Assembly (NCBI GenBank): GCA_050954785.1
Contig: JBPBQO010000146.1
Span: forward strand, 7,226-71,225
DNA: 64,000 bases
Direction: 5' to 3'
Source: Janthinobacterium lividum
GTDB lineage: Bacteria > Pseudomonadota > Alphaproteobacteria > Acetobacterales > Acetobacteraceae
Shown here: positions 10,353 to 19,158 of the stretch, one piece after another
How the letters are laid out: each line of letters begins with the position of its first letter
Position numbering within the stretch: position 1 is the first letter of the stretch
Position numbers and translations under genes: made by a program
Notes under the pieces: model-generated
Told to the model about the DNA's origin: nothing
What the model saw: only the letters and a program-made list of their open reading frames with translations
Databases searched by the model: none

Positions 10353-10508
10353 GGCGAGCCGGCTTTCCCATGGCGTTGAGCCAGGATACCAAAAACTCGG
10401 CCAGCCGATACGTCTCAGGCTTCAGAAACTTGGCTATTCTCGCGCTTCGACGATCGCGCGGACTATCGGGCCGGTTGCCTCCGGCGCGGAGTGACGGGAT
10501 GATCGGTC

Positions 10509-11993
10509 ATGAATTTCATACGCTTGCGCAATGACTGGCTCGGCAACGTAAGAGGCGACGTGCTGGCCGGGATGGTCGGGACCTTCGCCCTGATCCCCGA
10601 GGTGATCGCCTTCTCTTTTGTCGCCGGTGTCGATCCGGAGGTCGGGCTGTTCGCCTCGTTCGTGATCGGCACGGTGATCGCCATTACCGGCGGGCGTCCG
10701 GCGATGATCTCGGGCGCCGCTGGCTCGGTGGCGCTGGTTGCCGCGGCGCTGGTGCGCGGCCATGGGCTCGAATACCTGCTTGCGGCCACCCTGCTGGCCG
10801 GCCTGATCCAGATCCTGTTCGGGTTGCTCCGGCTCGACGTGCTGATGCGGTTCGTGTCCCGCTCGGTGCGGACCGGCTTCGTGAACGCGCTGGCGATCCT
10901 GATCTTCTCGGCACAGTTGCCACAGATCGTCGGCCCGAACTGGGGATTCGGCACGCAGTTCGGCTGGCAGAACGACGTGATGATCGCGGCCGGCGTGGCG
11001 CTGATCTACCTGGTACCGCGCTTGTTCACCGCGATCCCGTCGCCGCTGATCTGCGTGGTCGTGCTGACGCTCGTATCCGTGCTGCTGCCGATGCCGCTTC
11101 GCACGGTGGCCGATCTCGGCCGGCTGCCGTCGTCGCTGCCGATGCTGCACTGGCCGACATTGCCGCCGACGCTGGCGACGCTCGGCATCATCGCGCCGTA
11201 CGCGCTGGCGATGGCGGTGGTGGGCCTGCTCGAATCCATGATGACGGCGAGCGTCGTCGACGACCTCACGGAAACCAACAGCGACAAGCGGCGCGAGTGT
11301 ACCGGGCTCGGCATCGCCAACATGGCGGCCGGCCTGTTCGGCGGCATCGCCGGCTGCGGAATGATCGGCCAGACCGTCGGCAACGTGCGCTACGGCGGAC
11401 GCGGACGGCTTTCGACCTTCGTGGCGGGTGCGTTCCTGCTGGTGCTGATGGTGGCGTTGCGGCCCTGGGTGGCGAAGGTGCCGGTGGCGGCACTCGTCGC
11501 CATCATGATCATGGTGTCGATCAGCACCTTCTCGTGGGGCTCGCTGCGCGACCTGGTGGTGCATCCCAAAACCTCCAGCATGGTGATGCTGGTCACCGTC
11601 GCCGTGGTCGTGGCGACCTCGGACCTGGCGATCGGCGTGGTCGTGGGCGTCCTGCTGAGCGGGGTGTTCTTCGCGTTCAAGGTGATGCGGTTGATGGCGG
11701 TCGAGATCGGATACGATGCGGACACCGATACCCGCCTGTATACGGTCCATGGCCAGGTGTTCTTCGCGTCCGCGGACATGTTCGCTGATCGCTTCGACCT
11801 TCGCGATACCGCGCGCGCGGTGCGGATCGATCTGCGGCAGGCGCATCTGTGGGACATCACCGCGGTCGGCGCGCTGGAGTCGGTCGTCACCAAGATGCGG
11901 CGCCATGGCCTGCGCGTCGAACTGGTCGGGCTGAACGAGGCCAGTGCCGGCATGGTCGAGCGGCATGCCGGGCCAGGACTGGATCTTGCATAG
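10509..11993 (+). CDS. SulP-family anion transporter with C-terminal STAS
   Basis: ALIPEVIAFS..AGVDP.VGL, GGRPAMISGA, GC.MIGQT, YTVHGQVFFASAD. Confidence 0.92.
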   Translation: MNFIRLRNDWLGNVRGDVLAGMVGTFALIPEVIAFSFVAGVDPEVGLFASFVIGTVIAITGGRPAMISGAAGSVALVAAALVRGHGLEYLLAATLLAGLIQILFGLLRLDVLMRFVSRSVRTGFVNALAILIFSAQLPQIVGPNWGFGTQFGWQNDVMIAAGVALIYLVPRLFTAIPSPLICVVVLTLVSVLLPMPLRTVADLGRLPSSLPMLHWPTLPPTLATLGIIAPYALAMAVVGLLESMMTASVVDDLTETNSDKRRECTGLGIANMAAGLFGGIAGCGMIGQTVGNVRYGGRGRLSTFVAGAFLLVLMVALRPWVAKVPVAALVAIMIMVSISTFSWGSLRDLVVHPKTSSMVMLVTVAVVVATSDLAIGVVVGVLLSGVFFAFKVMRLMAVEIGYDADTDTRLYTVHGQVFFASADMFADRFDLRDTARAVRIDLRQAHLWDITAVGALESVVTKMRRHGLRVELVGLNEASAGMVERHAGPGLDLA

Positions 11994-12018
11994 CAGTCAG
12001 GCGTAACTCGTCGATATG

Positions 12019-12049
12019 GGGGGTGTCCCGGGTTGCCGGCGACACCTTC
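12019..12049 (+). terminator. GC hairpin after sulP, possible terminator
   Basis: GGTGTC-CCGG-GTTG-CCGG-C-GACACC followed by TTCT; weak U-tract. Confidence 0.4.
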
Positions 12050-12446
12050 TGTCCGAACGCTGGATGCCGGATGGACAGCCCTGAACGCAGTCCAGCAAAA
12101 CAATACTTAAAGTTGATGAAGACCGGCATCCACTACCCTTGTCGGAGGCCAAGGCCGGCACGCCGCTGATTTCAGATCGGCAAGTATTAATGGAAGTAAA
12201 CGATTGGCTGCATATTTCCAGTTCGAGTATCGGTATTGAAACGATTTTAATTATCGTCTCAAATTTGAGCAATTGTGCAGTGCACCTAATCAAGTTTGTA
12301 CAAAAGCGTTTCTTGACTTACAGCGCAGGAGGATCCAGATGATCGTGCGCACCCGAACCTAGAGAAAAGTCTCTTAAAAGTCGGAAATGGCGTTGGCAGT
12401 CGAGCCATCTATCAATTCGACAAAGCGATATTTCGGACGAACGCCC

Positions 12447-12644
12447 ATGAACCGTATGCTTGTCGGCAATTCCCTGGCTACTTTCGGCGCCGCCACGATT
12501 ACTCCGGATCGACGCGTGTCCGCGGCAGCGGCAAACCATGCCACCAACGGTTTTTTTCGTGGCATCGTGTTCGGATTCGTCGCCGTGGTTCCATTCTGGA
12601 CCGGGCTGATCTGGCTTGGACTCAGACTGTTCAATCACGGGTAA
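12447..12644 (+). CDS. 65-aa hypothetical membrane protein
   Basis: C-terminal hydrophobic stretch GFFRGIVFGFVAVVPFWTGLIWLGLRLF; start uncertain. Confidence 0.5.
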   Translation: MNRMLVGNSLATFGAATITPDRRVSAAAANHATNGFFRGIVFGFVAVVPFWTGLIWLGLRLFNHG

Positions 12645-12698
12645 CGACGACGTGCCTCGATAATTTAAGGCACCTCGTCGCCAAGTCCTGGCGACGGA

Positions 12699-13706
12699 TC
12701 AGTGGGCTGCGGATCGACTAAGGTAGGGCAGCAGGACTGTCATTTGAGCACGATCGCGTCCATGGTCCGGCTCCAGAGTGAACATGTAGTTTCCCCAGAG
12801 GGGGCCGGCTGCCCAGTACGTCCACCCGAGCCATTCTTTGGAATTGGCCTTCATGAAGGCCACCACGTGGTCCAGGACCGCGGCGCATTCCGGCCGGCGA
12901 CTGACGCCGAACTCGCCGAGAAATCCTTGCTGATGGTGAGCGTGCAGCCATTGCGTGACCGAGGTCAGTCTCCGCACGGCTTCATCCGGGGCGACACACG
13001 TATCCTTGGTCCCCGACGAGTCCCGGTCGAAATACTGATGGACCTCGAACACCATGCGATGCCGTGGATCCTTTAATCCGGCGAGCGCATCACCGTTGAG
13101 AGAGGCAAAGTTGTGGGCACCGTCCCAGCCTACCCCCGACACGAGAATACGGTTGTTCGAACCGGTGCGCCGGATGCCGTCGATTGCCTGCTGCTGGATG
13201 TTCTTCCAGAGAAGGGGGTCCGGGATTTGAGGCTCGTTCATCAAACCGAACAGCACGCTGTCGTCACGGCCGAAGCGCCCGGCCAGCTTGACCCAGAGAT
13301 CCGTGAACGCCGATGCCGTCACGTCGCCGGTGCCGATCTGAACGCCGCGATAGCGGCCGTAATCATGGATGTCGATGATGGTAGAGGCGCCGTGCTGGCG
13401 TATGATCTCGATCAGATCGGCAAGCCGCGTCAGCTCCTTGGCATCGAGCGGACCGAGAAGTTCGGGCTGTAGGCGCGACCACAGCACCGAGATCCGAAAG
13501 ACGTTCATGCCTTTCCGGGTGAAGTAGGTCACTTCCTCCGCCTTCGGGTAAAGATAGTCTTTCCCGTAGATCCCGGGCACCTTCGAAGATGCGAAGCCCG
13601 CACCGGCCAGATTGACGCCCTTGAGGTCCTGGGCGTGGCCGCATGGCGTGCCAAAGGCGCACATCGCCAGGGTAGCCCATCCCGCGACGGTCCCCATCTT
13701 TTTCAT
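12699..13706 (-). CDS. GH5 endoglucanase-like glycoside hydrolase #1
   Basis: Signal peptide, GVNLAGAGF, W.RLQP, DIHDYGRY, LMNEP (acid/base), FLGEFG (nucleophile), WTYWAAGP; start overlaps the wzy stop as ATGA. Confidence 0.92.
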   Translation of the reverse strand: MKKMGTVAGWATLAMCAFGTPCGHAQDLKGVNLAGAGFASSKVPGIYGKDYLYPKAEEVTYFTRKGMNVFRISVLWSRLQPELLGPLDAKELTRLADLIEIIRQHGASTIIDIHDYGRYRGVQIGTGDVTASAFTDLWVKLAGRFGRDDSVLFGLMNEPQIPDPLLWKNIQQQAIDGIRRTGSNNRILVSGVGWDGAHNFASLNGDALAGLKDPRHRMVFEVHQYFDRDSSGTKDTCVAPDEAVRRLTSVTQWLHAHHQQGFLGEFGVSRRPECAAVLDHVVAFMKANSKEWLGWTYWAAGPLWGNYMFTLEPDHGRDRAQMTVLLPYLSRSAAH

Positions 13707-14995
13707 GCGAGGCTGCCCTGGATCGCGGGGCGAGTGAACCGTTGCAAGCTCGGCATGGAGCGTGCGCGCGCCTTTACCGCCTGCGTCGCCGGGCAGTTCG
13801 CCACGCCATACAGGAACCAGAGAAGAGCCGCTGTCTTGATCGTGAAGATCGACGCTCCGATGCACAAGGACGTCGACAGGTAGACCGCGATCATGACCTT
13901 CATGGATGTCGCTTCCATCCGTACGGATCGATTGAAGGCGAACAGTGCCAGGAACATCAGGGTCAGCGGCAGGCCCATATTGTTCACGACATACGCATAT
14001 CCGGTGTCCGCAGTATAAACCTGGGACGGCAACATGGCGAACCATTGCGGCAGGTGCCAGTAGTTGAGAAGCCGGCTGGAGAACAGGAGCCGTCCCGAAA
14101 GATTGTCGATCATGATGGCTGGAACGACACCCTTCAACTCGTTCAGCGAGCCGACCAGGGTCAGTCCCACCATCACCACGAGCGGCATCACGAACACTGC
14201 GATACGGGACCGAACCAGTGGCGTCAAACGCACGAGCAGCATCGCCGTGCAGCATCCGCCGGCGAAGCGACTATCGGCGATGATCACGCAAAGTACGGAG
14301 AGCGCCAGCAACCAGCCTCTGCTTCGCCGCGATCCATTGGTCGTGGTTATGCACCACGCAAACATGATGGCAGCGTAGTTACCGAGTGAATCCGGCTCGA
14401 GAAAGATCGACGAGACACGATGCGATCCCAGCAGCGTGGGGAAGAAGGTGCGGGACAGTGCACCGCGATCGCCACTGAGATAGAGGTTCGTGCCGCTGTA
14501 ATTCACCGTGCCTGGGGCGATCACACCCTTGTCGACGTAGTACGACCAGACGTCGAAAATCTCGCCGAACGTCGGTGTGAACAGCAGCTCGAAGAACCCG
14601 ACTGCGAGAACAATCGCCATCAGTGTCCAGACCAGGCGACTGGCCTGACGCGGAGTGGCCATCCTGCCTAGTTTGTAGAAAATGTACATGATCCCGAGGT
14701 CATGCAGGATTTTCAGGTTCACCTCGGAATTGATCAGCTTCATGCCGACCATGAACAGGACGCTCATGACAAGAAGCTGTTTTACCCACAGCGCCACATC
14801 GTTTCGGATAGCGATGATGCCGATCAGCAGGATCAGAAGCTCCGTGGCGACGATCGGAAGACTTCCGATTGGCGCCCAGCCACGCGTCTTGATGAAGCAC
14901 AGCACCATGTTGAACATCATGGATGCGATGATCAGCCACGACCCAAGGTCCAGGCTCTGGCCTCTGTTCGCTGATCGTGCTCGGCTGGCAGGCAT
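13703..14995 (-). CDS. Polysaccharide polymerase (Wzy, GumE-like)
   Basis: Polytopic membrane protein with RVSSIFLEPDSLGNY and DTGYAY motifs; AAGGAG SD. Confidence 0.75.
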   Translation of the reverse strand: MPASRARSANRGQSLDLGSWLIIASMMFNMVLCFIKTRGWAPIGSLPIVATELLILLIGIIAIRNDVALWVKQLLVMSVLFMVGMKLINSEVNLKILHDLGIMYIFYKLGRMATPRQASRLVWTLMAIVLAVGFFELLFTPTFGEIFDVWSYYVDKGVIAPGTVNYSGTNLYLSGDRGALSRTFFPTLLGSHRVSSIFLEPDSLGNYAAIMFAWCITTTNGSRRSRGWLLALSVLCVIIADSRFAGGCCTAMLLVRLTPLVRSRIAVFVMPLVVMVGLTLVGSLNELKGVVPAIMIDNLSGRLLFSSRLLNYWHLPQWFAMLPSQVYTADTGYAYVVNNMGLPLTLMFLALFAFNRSVRMEATSMKVMIAVYLSTSLCIGASIFTIKTAALLWFLYGVANCPATQAVKARARSMPSLQRFTRPAIQGSLA

Positions 14996-15598
14996 TCATC
15001 CTCTCCTTATAGAGATGTTCGGCACGCGTTTTCGGACAGGAGTGCAATCCAGCAGACTCGGCGCGGGCCGCTTCCCGCCCGATCGTTCCCAATCGTCCGG
15101 CAGACCGCCATGGCCGATCCGCCGGCCAGTCCGGCGCGTATCATCACGCACTGGGGCCTCGATACGGCGATGGGTGTGACCGGACAGTGGGATCATGAGT
15201 TGCCATGGCTGGTTGAACGAAAGCGATGCGGGACATGTTCGGGCTGCTTGCGTCTGCAGGCGGGCTTAACGTACTGGTCAGCCTTGTGAATACCATGCTG
15301 GCAACCGGAAGGCGCTGCAAATATGCACGGTGCGGCCGTTCGCCATGCGAATCGGCGACCTCGGCGTCGGCCGATACGGTCGGGTCACGGCGGGTATCCT
15401 GGACCAGCACCAGGGGCGTCATTGTTGCCAATGACGATACGCGGATGTTCGCGCAACGGAGGTGACGTGTCCCAAGACTGAAATCCTCCAACGTTACGAT
15501 CATGTGCAGGTTGCCAATCATTACAAAATTTAAAGAAACGTTCGCTAGGTAATATGCTGTTGTAGCGATCAGCAGGCAGTCCTGAATAAAGTTGCTCG

Positions 15599-15613
15599 TT
15601 AAATCACAGTTAA
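15599..15613. promoter_or_regulatory. Candidate CtrA box
   Basis: Exact TTAA-ATCACAG-TTAA (TTAA-N7-TTAA) in the divergent wzy/gumK intergenic region. Confidence 0.4.
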
Positions 15614-15858
15614 ACCGTGTGATCTGTTCTTCCGATGCGTAGTATGCGACGTCAGAAGCTCGATTGCGCCACGATCGTCAAGTATGGCTTGACGATTCCA
15701 TGCTTGGTGCTAGCTGAATAAACAGGCTGTGAACGTGGCTATCTTGATGAATGTCCTCATTGTAGAGATAATCAGATGCGCCTGATATGTGAAGAGTGGA
15801 AGACAACGTGATCAATACGGATGCAAGATTTACTGATGAAGGGTAATGGTATCATTCC

Positions 15859-16965
15859 ATGCTCAACTCCCTAGTCATATCAGTTCATGATTTCCGCAGC
15901 CTTCGCAAAGCGAGTGTTCATTTTATCACGGGCGAACTCGTGCATCGGGGCCCCACACGGTTTTTCTCGATCGGCATGTCCCGCCTCTCGATGCGTCGCG
16001 GCGACACACGTGCCAACCTCGACGGACGCTCGAACCGGGTCGAACGGTATGAAGGCGTCGATTGCTACCTGTGGAAGAAAGCCTGGCATCCGTTCAACAC
16101 GCGCCGCAGGCAGCTCGCCATGCTGGAATCAGCCATGTTCAGCTTATACCGGCTGGTCCTGCCATCCGTTCCGAGGCAATGGGTACGCGAGGCCGACATC
16201 GTGTTTATCGAGTCCGGTCTCGCCGCCATCTTCGTCGCGGATGTCAAGCGGATCAACCCGGCTGCCAGGATCGTCTATCTTGCATCGGACGATCTCGACG
16301 TCGTGGATTGCGCGCCGACCATCAAGCGAGATTTCGCGAAAAACTTCGACAGCATCGACACCGTGAGGCTTCCCTCGCGTTTCCTGGCCAGTGGCATGCC
16401 GCACACGCGAAGCTCCATCTTCGTTCCGCATGGTATCGACCGCGACATGGCCACCAAGCGCTATCCAAATCCATACAAGGGTCGTTTGGCGGCGGTTTCG
16501 GTCGGTTCGATGCTGTTCGATGCCTCCTTCTTCACCGAGGCCGCGTCGCTGTTTCCCGATATCGACTTCCATGTGATCGGTGCAGGCAAAGCGGCGGCAT
16601 CTCTTGCCGGGACCAACATCATCGTCCATCCGGAACTGGCATTCGTGGAAACACTCGGCTACCTGCAGCACGCCGCATTCGGTATCGCGCCGTATCGCGA
16701 CGCGGAAACGCCGCGCTATCTGATCGACACCTCCCTCAAGCTTCGTCAGTTCGCGTTGTTCGGCATCCCGGCGGTGTGCCCCTATTTCGCTCTCGGGACC
16801 GAGGCCGGCCGCTTCGGCTATCTGCCGGGGGATGCCGAATCCATCCGCGCTGCGATTACGGCCGCCCTGGCGAACCAGGTGCCGATCGTCGACGCATCGT
16901 TCTCCTGGGCGGAGGTCGTCGAACGGATCCTCGAGCCGCAGGCCTATCCGGACACGAGGCTATGA
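15859..16965 (+). CDS. gumK: GumK-like beta-1,2-glucuronosyltransferase (GT70)
   Basis: HDFR..RKA.VHFIT, GVDCYLW, HPFNTRR, VGSMLFD, FGIAPY, SLKL.QF..FGIPAVCP, C-terminal PQAYPDTRL, matching Xanthomonas GumK from memory. Confidence 0.9.
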   Translation: MLNSLVISVHDFRSLRKASVHFITGELVHRGPTRFFSIGMSRLSMRRGDTRANLDGRSNRVERYEGVDCYLWKKAWHPFNTRRRQLAMLESAMFSLYRLVLPSVPRQWVREADIVFIESGLAAIFVADVKRINPAARIVYLASDDLDVVDCAPTIKRDFAKNFDSIDTVRLPSRFLASGMPHTRSSIFVPHGIDRDMATKRYPNPYKGRLAAVSVGSMLFDASFFTEAASLFPDIDFHVIGAGKAAASLAGTNIIVHPELAFVETLGYLQHAAFGIAPYRDAETPRYLIDTSLKLRQFALFGIPAVCPYFALGTEAGRFGYLPGDAESIRAAITAALANQVPIVDASFSWAEVVERILEPQAYPDTRL

Positions 16966-16993
16966 TCGCATCCGCTCGCATGGTGGCCGTCGC

Positions 16994-18172
16994 ATGACGA
17001 CCCAATCGGCTCCATCGCGCCCTGTGGTCGCGATCTACCGGACGGAGGTGCTCCCGCTGTCCGAGACGTTCGTTCGGGACCAGGCATTGGCGCTCCGACG
17101 CTGGCAGCCGATCCTTGTCGGCGAGCGACAGATCGACGCGTTGCCGCTGTCCGGTCTGGCAGTCTCCACCTGCCATTCCGGACCGGCAACCTTGGCCCAG
17201 CGTCTCGCAAGCCTGGCCTGGCGCCGGCTCGGACGTCCGTCGCCGTCGATGGTCGCTCTGGTCAGGCGCGCGGCGCCCAACCTGATCCATGCGCATTTCG
17301 GCTTCGACGGCGTCGAGGCCTGGCCGATCGCCCGGCGCCTCGGCCTGCCGCTCCTGGTCACGCTGCACGGATCCGACATCACGACGACGATGGACTGGTT
17401 CACCTCGGGCCGAGCCGGGCGACGCTGGGCGGCCTATCCGTCGCGTCTCGCCCAGATCGCCACGCAGCGCCAGGTCAGTTTCGTCGCCATTTCGGAAAAC
17501 ATCCGCCGCGCGGCGCTCGATGCCGGGCTCCCGCCGGAAAGGATTTTCGTGGAACGGATCGGCGTGAACACCAGCGGGTTCGCACCGGGCGGACTGCCGA
17601 TCGCCAGGCGTCAGCCGCTCATCCTGTTCCTGGGTCGGCTTGTCGAAAAGAAAGGCTGCAGCTTCCTGATCGAATCCTTCAAGACTCTCCGCCGAGACGT
17701 GCCTGGTTGTCAGCTGGTCATCGCCGGCGACGGGCCCTTGCGAGCGGAACTGGAAGCTCAGGCAGCCGGCCTCGACGGGGTGCGGTTTGCCGGCAGCGTG
17801 TCCCACGATCAGGTCCGGGCGCTCATGCAGCAGGCTCGTGTGTTCTGCCTGCCGAGCATCACGGCAGCGAGTGGCGATGCCGAGGGGCTGCCGCTGGTGA
17901 TATTGGAAGCACAGGCCAGCGGCGTGCCGGTCGTTACCTCCGCGCGTGGTGGGGCCGAGGAAGGGATACGTGATGGCCAGACCGGGCTCGCATTCGCCGA
18001 GCGCGACGTTGCCGCCATGACCAGGCATCTGGTGAGCGTGCTGAGCGACGACGCGCTTGCCACACGCATGTCCGAGGCTGCTCCCGGCTTCATTGCCGCC
18101 GAGCACGACCTCCTGAAATGTACCGAGCGGCTGGAACGCGTTTACGATGTCGTCGCCAGGACCCGGTCGTGA
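16994..18172 (+). CDS. GT4 glycosyltransferase
   Basis: LPLSETFV, HAHFG, TLHGSD, GRLVEKKG, AEGLPLVILEAQASG. Confidence 0.9.
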   Translation: MTTQSAPSRPVVAIYRTEVLPLSETFVRDQALALRRWQPILVGERQIDALPLSGLAVSTCHSGPATLAQRLASLAWRRLGRPSPSMVALVRRAAPNLIHAHFGFDGVEAWPIARRLGLPLLVTLHGSDITTTMDWFTSGRAGRRWAAYPSRLAQIATQRQVSFVAISENIRRAALDAGLPPERIFVERIGVNTSGFAPGGLPIARRQPLILFLGRLVEKKGCSFLIESFKTLRRDVPGCQLVIAGDGPLRAELEAQAAGLDGVRFAGSVSHDQVRALMQQARVFCLPSITAASGDAEGLPLVILEAQASGVPVVTSARGGAEEGIRDGQTGLAFAERDVAAMTRHLVSVLSDDALATRMSEAAPGFIAAEHDLLKCTERLERVYDVVARTRS

Positions 18173-19134
18173 CCGATCTCGACAGCGTCGCGGTCATTAT
18201 CCCGACCTTCAATGCGCAAGCCTTCATGATCCGTGCGATCAAGTCGGTGCAGGCACAGACGCGTCCGGCCAGTGAGATCATTATCGTCGACGATTGCTCG
18301 ACCGACGATACGCGAGCGATCCTCGACCGGATCGCGGGCGAGGATCCCCGGATCCGGATCGTCCACATGCCGCGTAATGGCGGACCGTCCGCCGCACGGA
18401 ACGCCGGTATCAAACTTGCGACAAGCCGATGGATCGCGATCCTGGATGCCGACGATGCCTTTGCTCCGCAACGGCTGGCCGAACTGGTGCCGTTTGCCGT
18501 CGACACGAACGCGGATATCGCGACCGATAACCTCGCCCTCTACGATGCCCAGGCCAAGCTGGTTACCGGCACCGGACTGGCGGATGGCGTCGTCGTTCCC
18601 GACTGCCCGATTGGCTTGCGCGACTTTCTCGATCACAACCGTGCCGACGGAAAAAGCTTCGACTGGGGTTTGCTCAAACCCCTGTTCAGGCGGCAGGTCC
18701 TGGTTGATCGCGCCGTGTTTTACAACCCGGAAGTCCGCCATGGCGAAGATTTTCAACTTGCGGTCGAGTTATTGTTGGCCGGCGCAACGTTCAGAATTCT
18801 GAACCGTCCGCTTTATCTCTATACACAGCGTCAGGGCGCCGTCAGCGGACGCGCCTCGGGCATGACGCGCACGACGGTCGCGTATGGCACCATGAGGGAT
18901 GCCGCACTCAAGATGAGCCGGGATGAGCGGCTGACATCGGATCCGGAGCTCGTCGAGCTGCTGCGGATCAGGGCTCATGGGCTTGGGCGTCTCGATGACG
19001 CCGATTTCGTGTCGAGGGCCGTGCACGGTGGCCAGATCGGGCGGATCGTGCAGCGGTGCATGCGCGACCCGGCCTTCTTCCCGCGGATGCTGCGTCAGAT
19101 CGGCGCCGCGCTTCGACGACGGCTCCCGTTCTGA
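18169..19134 (+). CDS. GT2 glycosyltransferase (ExoO/AceP-like)
   Basis: IIP.FNA, VDDCSTD, NGGPSAARN, LDADD, GLLKP, GEDF; GTG start overlaps the upstream TGA. Confidence 0.88.
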   Translation: MTDLDSVAVIIPTFNAQAFMIRAIKSVQAQTRPASEIIIVDDCSTDDTRAILDRIAGEDPRIRIVHMPRNGGPSAARNAGIKLATSRWIAILDADDAFAPQRLAELVPFAVDTNADIATDNLALYDAQAKLVTGTGLADGVVVPDCPIGLRDFLDHNRADGKSFDWGLLKPLFRRQVLVDRAVFYNPEVRHGEDFQLAVELLLAGATFRILNRPLYLYTQRQGAVSGRASGMTRTTVAYGTMRDAALKMSRDERLTSDPELVELLRIRAHGLGRLDDADFVSRAVHGGQIGRIVQRCMRDPAFFPRMLRQIGAALRRRLPF

Positions 19135-19158
19135 CGCAGCGACGCGGGCCCTTCCTGC

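Noticed and set aside
13707-14255. N-terminal extensions in the ORF track (GH5 #1; also wzx, GH5 #2/#3, copA, cyoA, MATE)
   Set aside because: They overlap neighbouring genes or promoters; downstream starts have SDs and signal peptides
14996-15521. 125-aa and 66-aa minus-strand ORFs upstream of wzy
   Set aside because: No family motifs, atypical composition; treated as 5' regulatory DNA, though a degraded gene is not excluded
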